This document shows positions 7,763 to 17,900 of a DNA stretch of 64,000 nt, piece after piece. Source of the DNA: Clostridia bacterium. Lineage in GTDB: Bacteria > Bacillota > Clostridia > Oscillospirales > Acutalibacteraceae. The stretch spans positions 7,343 to 71,342 of the forward strand of contig JAFQQM010000001.1 of assembly GCA_017410585.1 (NCBI GenBank). Direction: 5' to 3'. Under the pieces are notes generated by a model. It searched no databases. It had not been told where the DNA came from and was given only the letters and a program-made list of their open reading frames with translations. How positions within the stretch are numbered: the first letter of the stretch is position 1; each line of letters opens with the position of its first letter. The translations under genes and the position numbers were made by a program.

Positions 7763-10183
7763 TTATTTGCATACCAAGTTGACCAACTTGTTCGGCACGT
7801 ACAATTCGCGCACCAGCGTTTTGCCGGCGATCTCGGCGGCAACCTTTTCGTCCGCCTTGGCGGCGGCAAGTGCCTCTTCCTGCGTGGCATCGGCCGCGAT
7901 GGACACGCGACCGCGCAGTTTTCCGTTGACCTGCACGGCGATGACCACTTCGCTGTCCTTGCATTTTTCCTCGTCGTAGGTCGGCCACGGCTCATAGGCA
8001 ATGGTCTCGGTATGACCGAGCAACTGCCACATTTCTTCGCCGACGTGCGGGGTGATGCAGGAGAGCATCTTGATAATGCCCTCGGCGTATGCCTTGGGGC
8101 AGGAACCGACTTTGTACGCCTCGTTGATAAACACCATCATCTGCGCGATGGCGGTGTTGAAGCCCAACTGTTCGAAATCGCCGGTGACCTTTTTGACCGT
8201 CTGATGGTAGACCTTGGTCAGTTTTCCGTCGTCGGTATCGGTGAGATTGGCCGGCTCGGTGAAGAAATTCCACACGCGGTTGATGAACTTGCGCGCGCCC
8301 GCCACGCCGGTCGCAGACCACGGTTTGCTGACCTCCAGCGGACCCATAAACATTTCGTACAGGCGCAGGGTATCGGCGCCGTATTCACGGACGATGTCCG
8401 ACGGATTGACCACGTACTGCGGGAAACGCTTGCCCATCTTGATGCCGTTTTCGCCGAGGATCATCCCTTGGTGTACCAACTTCTTAAACGGCTCGATGAC
8501 GGGGGAGATGCCCTCGTCATACAGGAAACGGTTCCAGATACGGGAATAGATCAGGTGACCCACCGCGTGCTCCGGACCGCCGATGTACAGATCGACCGGC
8601 AACCAATGCTTCAGCAGTTTAGGATCGCACAATTCCTTGTCGTTGTGCGGGTCGATGTAGCGCATATAGTACCACGAAGAACCGGCACTGCCCGGCATGG
8701 TGGACGTCTCACGCTTGCCCTTGAGGCCGTTTTTGTCGTAGTATTTCCACTCCTCGGCGTTTTCCAACGGAGCCTGACCGCCGCGGCCTTTGTAATCTTC
8801 CAACACCGGCAACACCACCGGCAGTTCCTCGTCGGGCAGGAATACGGTCTGCCCGTCGTCGGTATAGACGCAAGGCACCGGTTCGCCCCAGTAACGCTGG
8901 CGGGCGAAGATCCATTCGCGGAAATGGTAGTTGTTCTTGCGACGGGCAACCCCCATTTCTTCCAACTTGACGGTGATGGCTTCTTTGGCGTCTTCCACCG
9001 TCATACCGGTAAATTCCGCCGAGTTGCAGAGGATGCAACCTTTGCCGAGGTAATCCTGCTTTTCAAACGCGCATTCGCTTACGTCGCGGCCTTCGATGAC
9101 CTGAATCATCGGGATGTTGTGCGCGACGGCATACTCAAAGTCACGCTGATCGTGACTCGGCACCGCCATCACCGCGCCGGTGCCGTAGTTGCCCAGCACG
9201 AAATCGCCGATATACACCGGCACTTCGCGGCCGTTGATCGGGTTGATGGCATAGATGCCCTCAAGCGGGCAACCGGTCTTGGTCTTGCTGGCATCGGTAC
9301 GGTCGATCTCGCTCTTCTTGGCGGCTTCCTTGATGTAGGCTTCCACCTGTTCGCGGTTTTGGACGCGATCCAACAGCGATTCGGTGATCTTGCCGTCCGG
9401 TGCAAGCACCATAAAAGTGATGCCGTAGATGGTTTCGATGCAGGTGGTGTAGATGGAGAACTGACCGCCGCCGACCAGTTGGAAATCCACTTCCACGCCG
9501 GTGGATTTGCCGATCCAGTTGCGCTGGATCTCTTTGGTGGATTCCGGCCAATCAATGAGATCGAGGCCTTCGAGCAGTTTTTCGGCAAACGCCGGCTGGT
9601 CGATGACCCACTGCATCATCATCTTCTTGACCACCGGATAACCGCCACGCTCGGATTTTCCGTCAATCACTTCGTCATTGGCCAAGACGGTGCCCAGTGC
9701 TTCGCACCAGTTGACCGGCATTTCGATCCGCTTGGCGTAGCCGGCTTCCCACAGTTTCTTGAAGATCCATTGCGTCCACTTGTAAAACTCCGGATCGGAG
9801 GTAGAGGTCATCTTGGACCAATCGTAGTCAAAGCCCAGTTCCTTGAGCTGACGGGAGAAGGTATCGATGTTTTTCTGCGTAAAACCGTTGGGATGGTTGC
9901 CGGTATCCACCGCATACTGCTCCGCCGGCAGACCGAAGGAATCGTAACCCATTGGGTGGAGTACGTTATAGCCCTGCATCCGCTTCATACGGGACATAAT
10001 GTCGGTGGCGGTGTATCCTTCGGGATGACCGGCGTGCAGACCGACACCGGACGGATACGGAAACATATCCAACGCATAGTATTTGGGCTTGGAGAAGTCC
10101 CAAACGTCGGTGTGGAAGGTGTCGTGCTCCTCCCAATACGCCTGCCATTTCTTTTCAATGTCGTGATGATTGTACTGTGCCAT
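7763..10183 (-). CDS. leuS: Leucine--tRNA ligase
   Basis: 806 aa. The HAGHPEGY (HIGH-type) motif and overall LeuRS sequence are unmistakable. Confidence 0.98.
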   Translation of the reverse strand: MAQYNHHDIEKKWQAYWEEHDTFHTDVWDFSKPKYYALDMFPYPSGVGLHAGHPEGYTATDIMSRMKRMQGYNVLHPMGYDSFGLPAEQYAVDTGNHPNGFTQKNIDTFSRQLKELGFDYDWSKMTSTSDPEFYKWTQWIFKKLWEAGYAKRIEMPVNWCEALGTVLANDEVIDGKSERGGYPVVKKMMMQWVIDQPAFAEKLLEGLDLIDWPESTKEIQRNWIGKSTGVEVDFQLVGGGQFSIYTTCIETIYGITFMVLAPDGKITESLLDRVQNREQVEAYIKEAAKKSEIDRTDASKTKTGCPLEGIYAINPINGREVPVYIGDFVLGNYGTGAVMAVPSHDQRDFEYAVAHNIPMIQVIEGRDVSECAFEKQDYLGKGCILCNSAEFTGMTVEDAKEAITVKLEEMGVARRKNNYHFREWIFARQRYWGEPVPCVYTDDGQTVFLPDEELPVVLPVLEDYKGRGGQAPLENAEEWKYYDKNGLKGKRETSTMPGSAGSSWYYMRYIDPHNDKELCDPKLLKHWLPVDLYIGGPEHAVGHLIYSRIWNRFLYDEGISPVIEPFKKLVHQGMILGENGIKMGKRFPQYVVNPSDIVREYGADTLRLYEMFMGPLEVSKPWSATGVAGARKFINRVWNFFTEPANLTDTDDGKLTKVYHQTVKKVTGDFEQLGFNTAIAQMMVFINEAYKVGSCPKAYAEGIIKMLSCITPHVGEEMWQLLGHTETIAYEPWPTYDEEKCKDSEVVIAVQVNGKLRGRVSIAADATQEEALAAAKADEKVAAEIAGKTLVRELYVPNKLVNLVCK

Positions 10184-10219
10184 GGGAAAATATCTCTCCT
10201 TTAATGAATTGCAAAATGA

Positions 10220-10576
10220 TCAGTCCACCCACGGGGTGATATCCAGATGCTCGCCGTCTTTCCACAGCCGCTCCAGATCGTAATAACGGCGCGTTTCCGG
10301 CTGAAACAGATGCACCACCACTCCGCCGAGATCCAGCAGTACCCATTTGGACTCCTGATATCCCTCGGTGCGACGCACCAACACGCCTTCCGCCGCCAGT
10401 TCATCCTCCACGTGATCCGCCAAACTGCGGACGTGGTTGGCGCTGGTGCCTTCCGCTACCACGAAATAATCGGTGATAATGGTGAGGCCGCTCACCCCGA
10501 TGGCGGAGATATCGCTTGCTTTATGCTTATCCAACGAGCGCACCACGCGCTCGCAAATGGCCAAACTATCCTTCAA
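10220..10576 (-). CDS. rsfS: Ribosome silencing factor RsfS
   Basis: 118 aa. ITDYFVVAEGTSANHVRSLADHV...WVLLDLGGVVVHLF is typical RsfS/YbeB. Confidence 0.93.
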   Translation of the reverse strand: MKDSLAICERVVRSLDKHKASDISAIGVSGLTIITDYFVVAEGTSANHVRSLADHVEDELAAEGVLVRRTEGYQESKWVLLDLGGVVVHLFQPETRRYYDLERLWKDGEHLDITPWVD

Positions 10577-10588
10577 ATCGGTTCCTCC

Positions 10589-11914
10589 TTATTCCAACTC
10601 GCCCGACTGTTTGACAGCCAACGCGGCGAAGGTCTCCGGCACCGTCTCGCTGGCGGTGGTGTTGCTCAATTCTTCCGCCATCAGATCCTCCGTGCCGATC
10701 TCGTCGCCGTAGGGGTTGAATTCCGCTTGCAGTAACGCCGCCAGATCATCCTTGTGCACCGAATAATAGGTGACACCGCCCGACTGCGATGCTTCACCCG
10801 GCATCATATAGAAGGTGAAATTCTGACGGTCCAACTTGCCGAGTTCGACGATCAGTTCGCACAGTTCCATGGCGTCGGTCTCCCAATAATCGCCGACCCG
10901 TTGCATCTTGATGGGGTTATCCCATACCTGCACGTTGCTGATGACGTCATCGTACATCGTCTGCGCATCCAATTGTGCCAAACGGTCAAACAGCGCCACC
11001 CACACGGCGCGGGTATCCAACTGATGCTGTACGTCGCCCGATACGCTGTCACCGGTGTAGGTGATATACTCCAGCACCGCCGCACCGTCCAAGGTCTGCT
11101 TGCCGGCGGGATATTCGGTCTCTGCCAAGGTCATATCCTCTTCCAGCACGATATCCAGACCGCCGATATAATCGATGGTCTCTTTGAGACTGCCGCGTTG
11201 GAACAGATAATAATTGTCTACCGGCAGACTGTATTCCACGTTGAATGCCCGCATCAGATCGGTCTGGCTGCTGCCCTTTTGGGTGGTCAGCATCGCTCCG
11301 CAGACGCTGTGGGTGTTTTCGCGGATCTCCGCCTCAAACACCTGCTTGGCGCATTCGGCACACCACACCAGATTTTTCGGATTTGCCCACAGATTGCCGA
11401 TCTTGTGGACGCCTTCCGCCCAACCGCTGTCGGCATTCAGATAGGTGTCGGTCGGGACCTGCATAACGTCCACCGTACCGGCTTTTCGGTCGTAGCAGAC
11501 GATGGACAGCGCGTCCATCTGCTGTTCCAGATCTTCACCGAACAGACCGACCACGTAGTAGGATACGTTTTCGTTACTCGATTGCACGTAGCCGATCAGA
11601 TCACCGCTGGGGACGTTCGGCGTTTGCTCGTTGTTATTGCCGAACAGATCGCGGATAAACGGCGCGACGATGAGCAACAACACCACGCACAATACGATCA
11701 GTAACGCCATCAGCACGTACATAACGATCTTGCCGACCGGTGCTTTCTTCTTTTTGCTCTTCTTGGCAGATGCCTTTTGCGAAGCCGCACGCTGGGTCAG
11801 ATTGACCGCCCCACCGCTGTTCTTCTTTGCCGGTGCCGCTTTTTTCGCCGGTGCCGGTTTAGAGGACGCCACGCGACCTGTCAGCGAAACCTTTTTGTTG
11901 TTGTCGTTAGCCAT
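10589..11914 (-). CDS. LCP (LytR-CpsA-Psr) family membrane protein
   Basis: A basic N-terminal tail, one TM helix and an extracellular domain with SIVCYDRKAGTVDVMQVPTDTYL. This position in the yqeK-rsfS operon is commonly occupied by an LCP protein. Confidence 0.65.
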   Translation of the reverse strand: MANDNNKKVSLTGRVASSKPAPAKKAAPAKKNSGGAVNLTQRAASQKASAKKSKKKKAPVGKIVMYVLMALLIVLCVVLLLIVAPFIRDLFGNNNEQTPNVPSGDLIGYVQSSNENVSYYVVGLFGEDLEQQMDALSIVCYDRKAGTVDVMQVPTDTYLNADSGWAEGVHKIGNLWANPKNLVWCAECAKQVFEAEIRENTHSVCGAMLTTQKGSSQTDLMRAFNVEYSLPVDNYYLFQRGSLKETIDYIGGLDIVLEEDMTLAETEYPAGKQTLDGAAVLEYITYTGDSVSGDVQHQLDTRAVWVALFDRLAQLDAQTMYDDVISNVQVWDNPIKMQRVGDYWETDAMELCELIVELGKLDRQNFTFYMMPGEASQSGGVTYYSVHKDDLAALLQAEFNPYGDEIGTEDLMAEELSNTTASETVPETFAALAVKQSGELE

Positions 11915-13110
11915 CAGACAAGTTCTCCTTTCTGTTGCAAACGGGCGGTGACCTCAGCCAAAGCGGCGGCGGTGTCGGGATGGACAGCCGCCCCTTTTTC
12001 GGTCAACGACCGCACGGTATACGAAAGCGAATAATGCAGGGCCAAGTCGGTCGACTCATCCACCAACCGCCGCATGACCGCCACGTCGGGATAATCCCGT
12101 CCTTCGGCGGTAAAATCCGCCAGAAACACGATGGTCTCCAGCAGGGTCATCCCCGCCTTGGCGGTGGTGTGATACCGCACCGCGCCGAGGATGTCCTCAT
12201 CGGTCAGCCCCAATATATTTTCCAGAAACACCGGCGCAAGGCGGGCATGCCACAACTTGGGTGCCTGTTTTTCCACGTGGTCCAGTTGGACGCCGAATTG
12301 CTCGGCGATGAGCCTCTGCTCCTCGGAGGACGCATCCTTGAGGATGTCGTGAAGCAGACCGGCGGTGTACGCCTTTTGTCGGTCGGCGCCGTATTTGTCC
12401 GCCAACCGTGCCGCTTCTTTGGCCACCGCCAGCGAATGCGCAAAGCGGTAGGGGGAGAGACGCTGTCGTAAAATTTCGGTATATTGCCGGTCGGCATCCG
12501 CCGTGCCGTTTTCGCGGTACAATCCCTCGGCCTCAATATACGCCGCTACCGCCTCCGGCAGCAACGCTTTCCAGCGGTCGTCACCCGCCGCCACACCGTC
12601 ACGGATGGCGGTGGAAGAGACGGTCGGTGCTTCCACCGGCAGCACGGCGGTCTTGGCGCCGCCGGCGGTCATTTTATCGGCCGCCGCCTGCAGTTTGACG
12701 GTATCCGCCCCGTCCCGCGCAATACCGCACAGGGTGCACATCGCGGTGATATCGGGGTACCGATACCATGTCGGCAGGGTCAAAAACATATCCGCGCCGG
12801 TCAGCAGAAACCATTCGTCCTGCGGCTGTGAAGCGGTCAGATGTTCCAGCGTATTCACCGTAAAACTGGCGCCGCCTTGGGCGATCTCCCAATCGGAAAC
12901 GGTTAGGAGCGGCTGTCCGTCTGCCAACAGCCGACACATCGCCAGCCGCTGTTCGCCGCTCGCACCGCCGCTTTTGAGTTTGTGCGGCGAAGCGGCACTG
13001 GGCATCAGCACCACCCGATCCAACCCCAATTCCTTGGCGCAACCGAGTGCCAGAGCAAGATGCCCGTTATGCGGGGGATCAAAACTCCCGCCGAATAATC
13101 CTATTCTCAT
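11914..13110 (-). CDS. nadD: Fusion protein: nicotinate-nucleotide adenylyltransferase (NadD) plus YqeK HD-domain hydrolase
   Basis: The N-terminus has GLFGGSFDPPHNGH (NadD). The C-terminal half has RFAHSLAVAKEA...GLLHDILKD (HD domain, YqeK). It is one uninterrupted 398-aa ORF. Confidence 0.9.
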   Translation of the reverse strand: MRIGLFGGSFDPPHNGHLALALGCAKELGLDRVVLMPSAASPHKLKSGGASGEQRLAMCRLLADGQPLLTVSDWEIAQGGASFTVNTLEHLTASQPQDEWFLLTGADMFLTLPTWYRYPDITAMCTLCGIARDGADTVKLQAAADKMTAGGAKTAVLPVEAPTVSSTAIRDGVAAGDDRWKALLPEAVAAYIEAEGLYRENGTADADRQYTEILRQRLSPYRFAHSLAVAKEAARLADKYGADRQKAYTAGLLHDILKDASSEEQRLIAEQFGVQLDHVEKQAPKLWHARLAPVFLENILGLTDEDILGAVRYHTTAKAGMTLLETIVFLADFTAEGRDYPDVAVMRRLVDESTDLALHYSLSYTVRSLTEKGAAVHPDTAAALAEVTARLQQKGELV

Positions 13111-13113
13111 CGC

Positions 13114-13410
13114 TTACTTACGGGGCAGCATAATGACCGGCTCTTCGGGATGACGGCGGTACAGCACGAAGGTGCGGCCGATGGTCATCACGACCTCGGC
13201 GCCCACCGCCTGTGCCAAGGCATCCGCCACCTCGCGCACCGTCTCCGGTGCGGTCTCCAGCACCTTGCCCTTGATGAGTTCCCGAGCGGTCAGCGCGTCA
13301 TCCGTCTGCTTGACGATGGTGTCCGCCAGACCGCTTTTGCCCACGTGGACGATGGCGTCCATCGCGTTGGCCAAACCGCGCAGATACGCGCGCTGTTTGC
13401 TTGTCAGCAT
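13114..13410 (-). CDS. yhbY: YhbY/CRM-domain RNA-binding protein
   Basis: 98 aa. LTSKQRAYLRGLAN...VHVGKSGL...ELIKGKV. Confidence 0.9.
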   Translation of the reverse strand: MLTSKQRAYLRGLANAMDAIVHVGKSGLADTIVKQTDDALTARELIKGKVLETAPETVREVADALAQAVGAEVVMTIGRTFVLYRRHPEEPVIMLPRK

Positions 13411-13985
13411 AGTGATTTCTCCAATTCTTCCTGTAGTTTTTGCTTGAATAGCCGCAGGGCCTTGCCGCGATGACTGATGGCGTCTTTTTCGCCGTCATCC
13501 AGTTCGGCAAAGGTGCGTCCGTCTTCGATCTCAAAGATCGGGTCATACCCAAACCCGCCGTCTCCGCGGCAGGCGGTACCGATATAGCCCTCGCAGATCC
13601 CTTCGGCGGTGATCACCCGCCCGTCGGGAAATACGCAACAGACCGCCGACACAAAACGGGCGGTCCGTTGAGGACGGGGGAGACCGGACAATTTTTGCAG
13701 GACGGTCAACTTCCGCTGTCCGACCGGTGCATAACGGGCGGTGCGCACCCCCGGTTCGCCGCCGAGTGCGTCAATACACAGCCCCGAATCATCCGCCACG
13801 GCGGGCTTGCCCGTCTCACGGCAGGCGGCCGCGGCCTTGATATACGCGTTTTCCGCAAAGGTCGCGCCGTTTTCTTCCGGCTCGCTGAGTCCTTCCACGG
13901 TCACGGCTTCAATACCCATCGGGGCGAGGATACGCCGCAACTCGGCCAGTTTGCCTTGATTATGCGTGGCAATGATATATTGCAT
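13404..13985 (-). CDS. rdgB: XTP/dITP diphosphatase (RdgB/HAM1 family)
   Basis: IATHNQGKLAE...ADDSGLCIDALGGEPGVRTARY...FGYDPIF. Confidence 0.92.
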   Translation of the reverse strand: MQYIIATHNQGKLAELRRILAPMGIEAVTVEGLSEPEENGATFAENAYIKAAAACRETGKPAVADDSGLCIDALGGEPGVRTARYAPVGQRKLTVLQKLSGLPRPQRTARFVSAVCCVFPDGRVITAEGICEGYIGTACRGDGGFGYDPIFEIEDGRTFAELDDGEKDAISHRGKALRLFKQKLQEELEKSLC

Positions 13986-13994
13986 AGTATACCC

Positions 13995-14903
13995 TCATTC
14001 CGCAAACAGACCGGCGGTAAATTCCTCCGGATCAAACGGTTGCAGATCGTCGACCCCTTCGCCGACACCCACAAACTTGACCGGCACTTTCAGATCCTCT
14101 TGGATCGCCAGTACCACGCCGCCGCGGGCGGTGCCGTCCAGTTTGGTCAGCACGATGCCGGAGATATCCGCCACCTGCTTGAACTCCCGCGCCTGATTGA
14201 CCGCATTTTGTCCGGTGGTGGCATCCAGCACCAACAGCGTTTCCTTGTCGGCATCCGGCAATTCCCGATCGATGATGCGGTGCATCTTCGCCAGTTCGTC
14301 CATCAGATTCTTTTTGTTGTGCAGACGGCCGGCGGTATCGCAGATGACCACGTCCGCACCGCGCGCCTTCGCCGCCGAGATGGTGTCAAACACCACCGCC
14401 GTCGGATCGGCTCCGGGGCCGTGCTTGATGATATCGCAACCGGCGCGTTCCGCCCAGATGGCAAGTTGGTCGATGGCCGCCGCACGGAAGGTATCCGCCG
14501 CACCGAGCAACACCGTCTTGCCCTCCGCCTTCAGACGGGCGGCGAGTTTGCCGATGCTGGTGGTCTTGCCGACGCCGTTGACGCCGATGACCAGTACCAC
14601 CGACGGCTTGGTGGTGAGTTTCAGTTCATTCTCACCGCTAAGCATTTCGGCAACCGTTTGCTGCAACAGTTCCCGCACCTCGGCGGCATCCTTGATATGT
14701 TCCTCTTTGGCGCGGCGGCGCAACTCGGCGCAGATCCGTCCCGAGGTATTGATACCGACGTCGCCGGCAATGAGGATCTCCTCCAATTCGTCGAACAACT
14801 CATCGTCCACTTTGCCAAAGGCGTTGAGCATCGAATTGATCGAGTTCATCAGCGAACCGCGTGTTTTCCGCAGGCCTTCGCCGATCTTGCTGAAAAATCC
14901 CAT
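13995..14903 (-). CDS. ftsY: Signal recognition particle receptor FtsY (NG domain only)
   Basis: VIGVNGVGKTTSIGKLA, DTAGRLH and TKLDGTARGG motifs. Confidence 0.95.
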   Translation of the reverse strand: MGFFSKIGEGLRKTRGSLMNSINSMLNAFGKVDDELFDELEEILIAGDVGINTSGRICAELRRRAKEEHIKDAAEVRELLQQTVAEMLSGENELKLTTKPSVVLVIGVNGVGKTTSIGKLAARLKAEGKTVLLGAADTFRAAAIDQLAIWAERAGCDIIKHGPGADPTAVVFDTISAAKARGADVVICDTAGRLHNKKNLMDELAKMHRIIDRELPDADKETLLVLDATTGQNAVNQAREFKQVADISGIVLTKLDGTARGGVVLAIQEDLKVPVKFVGVGEGVDDLQPFDPEEFTAGLFAE

Positions 14904-14912
14904 AGGTACTCC

Positions 14913-17900
14913 TTACTCGTTATCCTGGTTGAGTTTCAGACCGAGCCGCGCTTCCACTTCGCTGGCACGCAGTTCCAGCAGGGTGGTCACGCCCTTCTCC
15001 TGCATCGTGACACCGTACAGCACGTCGGCTTCTTCCATCGTGCCGCGACGGTGGGTGATGACGATAAACTGCGACTCGTCGGTCATACGGCGCAGATACT
15101 GTGCATAGCGGTCGACGTTGACGTCGTCCAACGCCGCTTCGATCTCGTCAAGTACGCAGAACGGCGACGGGGTGACCCGCAGAATAGCAAACAGCAACGC
15201 AATGGCGGTCAACGCCTTTTCGCCGCCCGATAGCGCATCGAGGTTCAAAATGACCTTGCCCGGCGGTTGCACGAACATATCGATGCCGGAGGACAGCACG
15301 TCGTCCGGATCTTGCAGTTTCAGTTCCGCCTTACCGCCGTCAAACAGTTCGGCAAAGATCTTGCCGAAATACCCGTTGATCTCATTAAAGCGCTCGATAA
15401 ATACGTCTCGCATCTGTCCGGTCAGATCGCCGATGAGGTCGAGCAATTCCTTGCGGGAGACCTCGACGTCGGTCACCTGCGTATACAGGAAATCGTAACG
15501 CTCTTTCACTTCTTTATACTCGTCGATCGCACCGACGTTGACGTGACCCAGACCGCGGATCTTGTTTTTCAGTTCCTGCAGACGGCGGGTCGCTTCGGTA
15601 ATATTTTCCAGCGGCGGCGCGATCGCTTCCGCTTCGGCGCGGGTGAGTTCGTATTCCTCGTACAGTTTGCGGATGATCTCGTCCGTCTCCAACTGCGCGG
15701 CGGTGGTCTTTTCTTCGATACGCGCCACCTCGCCGCCCAGACGTTCCTTCTCGTCGGAGGCTTCACGCTGTTGCTGACGCAACGCGGTCACGCCCGCTTC
15801 GCCTTCGGTGCGCTTGAGGATGAGCGCCTCGGCGGTGGCGGTCACGTCTGCCGCCCGCTGACGTCCGTCTGCCGCCTGCTGACGCAACTCGGCAATATTC
15901 TGTTCGATCTCGGCGTTTTGCTCCTGCACCGCCGCGATCTGTTGTTCCAGCGACTCGCAGAATCCGACCGCATCGTGCTGACGCTGTTCCAGAGACTGAA
16001 TGCTCATTTCCTGCGCTTCGATCTCTTTGCGGGCGGTCACCGCCGCCAACTTGAGTTCGGAAACGCGGTTGCCCAATTCTTCACGGGCACCGGCCAGTTC
16101 CTGCCGTCCGCCGGACAATTCCGCCAGTTCCTGCTCGATAGCGGCTTGTTTGGCCGCCACGTCCGCCGCCGACTGCACCGCCGCGGCGATCAGTTGTTTC
16201 TGTTCGGCTTCGCGGGTGTGCAAGGTGTCGATCTCGGTGCGGCAATCGGTCACCGCCGTGCGGCTGTTTTCCGCCGTTTCGGTCAGGCGACGCTGTTCCG
16301 CTTCCAAACGGATGAGGTCTTCCTGCGCGGTGGTCAATTCGCCTTGCGCACCGACCAAGGCGGCGGTGGCGGCGGATGCCTCCTGCTGTACGCTGTTTAA
16401 GGATGCCTTGGCATCTTCCAACTTGGCGACCGATTTGTTGTAATCCGCCTGCAACTTTTCGATCTCGGAGCGACGGGACAACAGACCCGCGCCCTTGACG
16501 TGCGAACCGCCGGTCAGCGAACCGCCGGCGTTGACCACCTGACCGTCCAGCGTGACGATGCGGAATTTATAATGGTAACGCTTGGCCAGCGCGGTGGCGT
16601 CGTCCAGCGTTTCTGCCACGACGATACGGCCGAGCAGGCTGACGAGGATCTCGCGGTAGCGCTCGTCGCAGGTGACCAGATCGGAGGCGATACCGACCAC
16701 GCCGAAAGCGTCTTCCACGCCCTTTTCGTCCAACGTGCGACCCTTGATGGTTTCGACGGGGAGGAAGGTGGCACGGCCGGCCTTGTTATTTTTCAGATAA
16801 GCAATGGCTTTCTTGGCGTCGTCTTCGCGGTCGCAGACGATGTTTTGCGCGTTGGCGCCCAGCGCCGTCTCGATGGCAAGCGCCACCTTACTCGGCACGT
16901 CGATGAGGCGGGTGATGGGGCCGCGAATGCCGCGAAGCGCGCCCGCCTCAGCCTGCTTGATGACCAATTTGACGCTGCCGGAGAAGCCTTCCATACTGTT
17001 TTCCAGATCTTCCAGCAACTTGATACGGCGACGTTTATCCTCGGCGTCCAGCGTCAACTGATCCACCTCGGCGCGCACCGTTTCCAACCGCTTGTTGCGG
17101 GAGTCGGCACGCATCTGATAGCCGCCGACGGTATTTTGCAGGGATTGCACCTGCTCTTTGCAGTTGTCCACCGCTTCCAGACTGTCAGCCAGTTCCTGCT
17201 CGGCGGCTTCGGCGGCGGCCTGACGCAGTTCCACCGCGGCGGTCAACTGGGACAACCGCAGTTCGATCTCGGAAAGAGAGGTCTCTCCGGCCGATTGCTG
17301 TACGCGGATATCCGCCATCTGTAACGCCAGCGCGGCGGCGTTGCGATTGGCTTGTTCCAGTTTGTTGCCCGCTTCATCGCTGGAACGGGAGAGCGCGTCC
17401 ATCTCTTCCGAAAGGGCGAGTTGTTGCTTCTCGGATTCGGCGATGGCGGCTTCCTTCTCCGCAATGACCGCACGGCAGGCGGCGATCTCTTGGTCGATTT
17501 GCGCTCCGCCGGTACGGCTCTGTTCGATCTCACTCTGCATACGGGCGATGTTTTCGTTGTTATGCAGAATATCGTTTTCGCGGACGGCAATATCACCGTC
17601 GCGGTGGGTGGCTTCTTCCTCAAAGAGTTGAGCCTGACGGCGCAGTTCGTCGATCTGTGCCGCCAGCAAAGCGGATTGCTCGCCGACCGCATCGATCTGA
17701 CGGTCGATGTCGTCGATCTTGTCCGCCGCCGCGTCGTATTGCACGCGCGCCAATTCCAACTTACCGCTCAGCGAACGGAGCGTATCCCGCGCTTTTTCGA
17801 TCTGATGCAACCACAGCGCGATCTCCAAGCCTTTGCGCTCGCCGGCGTATTCGAGGAATTTTTCCGCTTTCTTGGATTCGTGCTCCAACGGCCCCACACG

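Noticed and set aside
8012-10204. A 730-aa plus-strand ORF.
   Set aside because: It is entirely antisense to leuS. It has a low-complexity R/G/H/V-rich composition, no RBS and no recognisable motifs. It is the typical shadow ORF of a high-GC gene.
10184-10219. A T-box leader upstream of leuS.
   Set aside because: Only 36 nt separate leuS from rsfS. That is too short for a T-box, so leuS appears to be co-transcribed with the upstream genes.
13470-15233. A 587-aa plus-strand ORF.
   Set aside because: It is antisense to rdgB, ftsY and the smc 3' end, all of which have canonical motifs.
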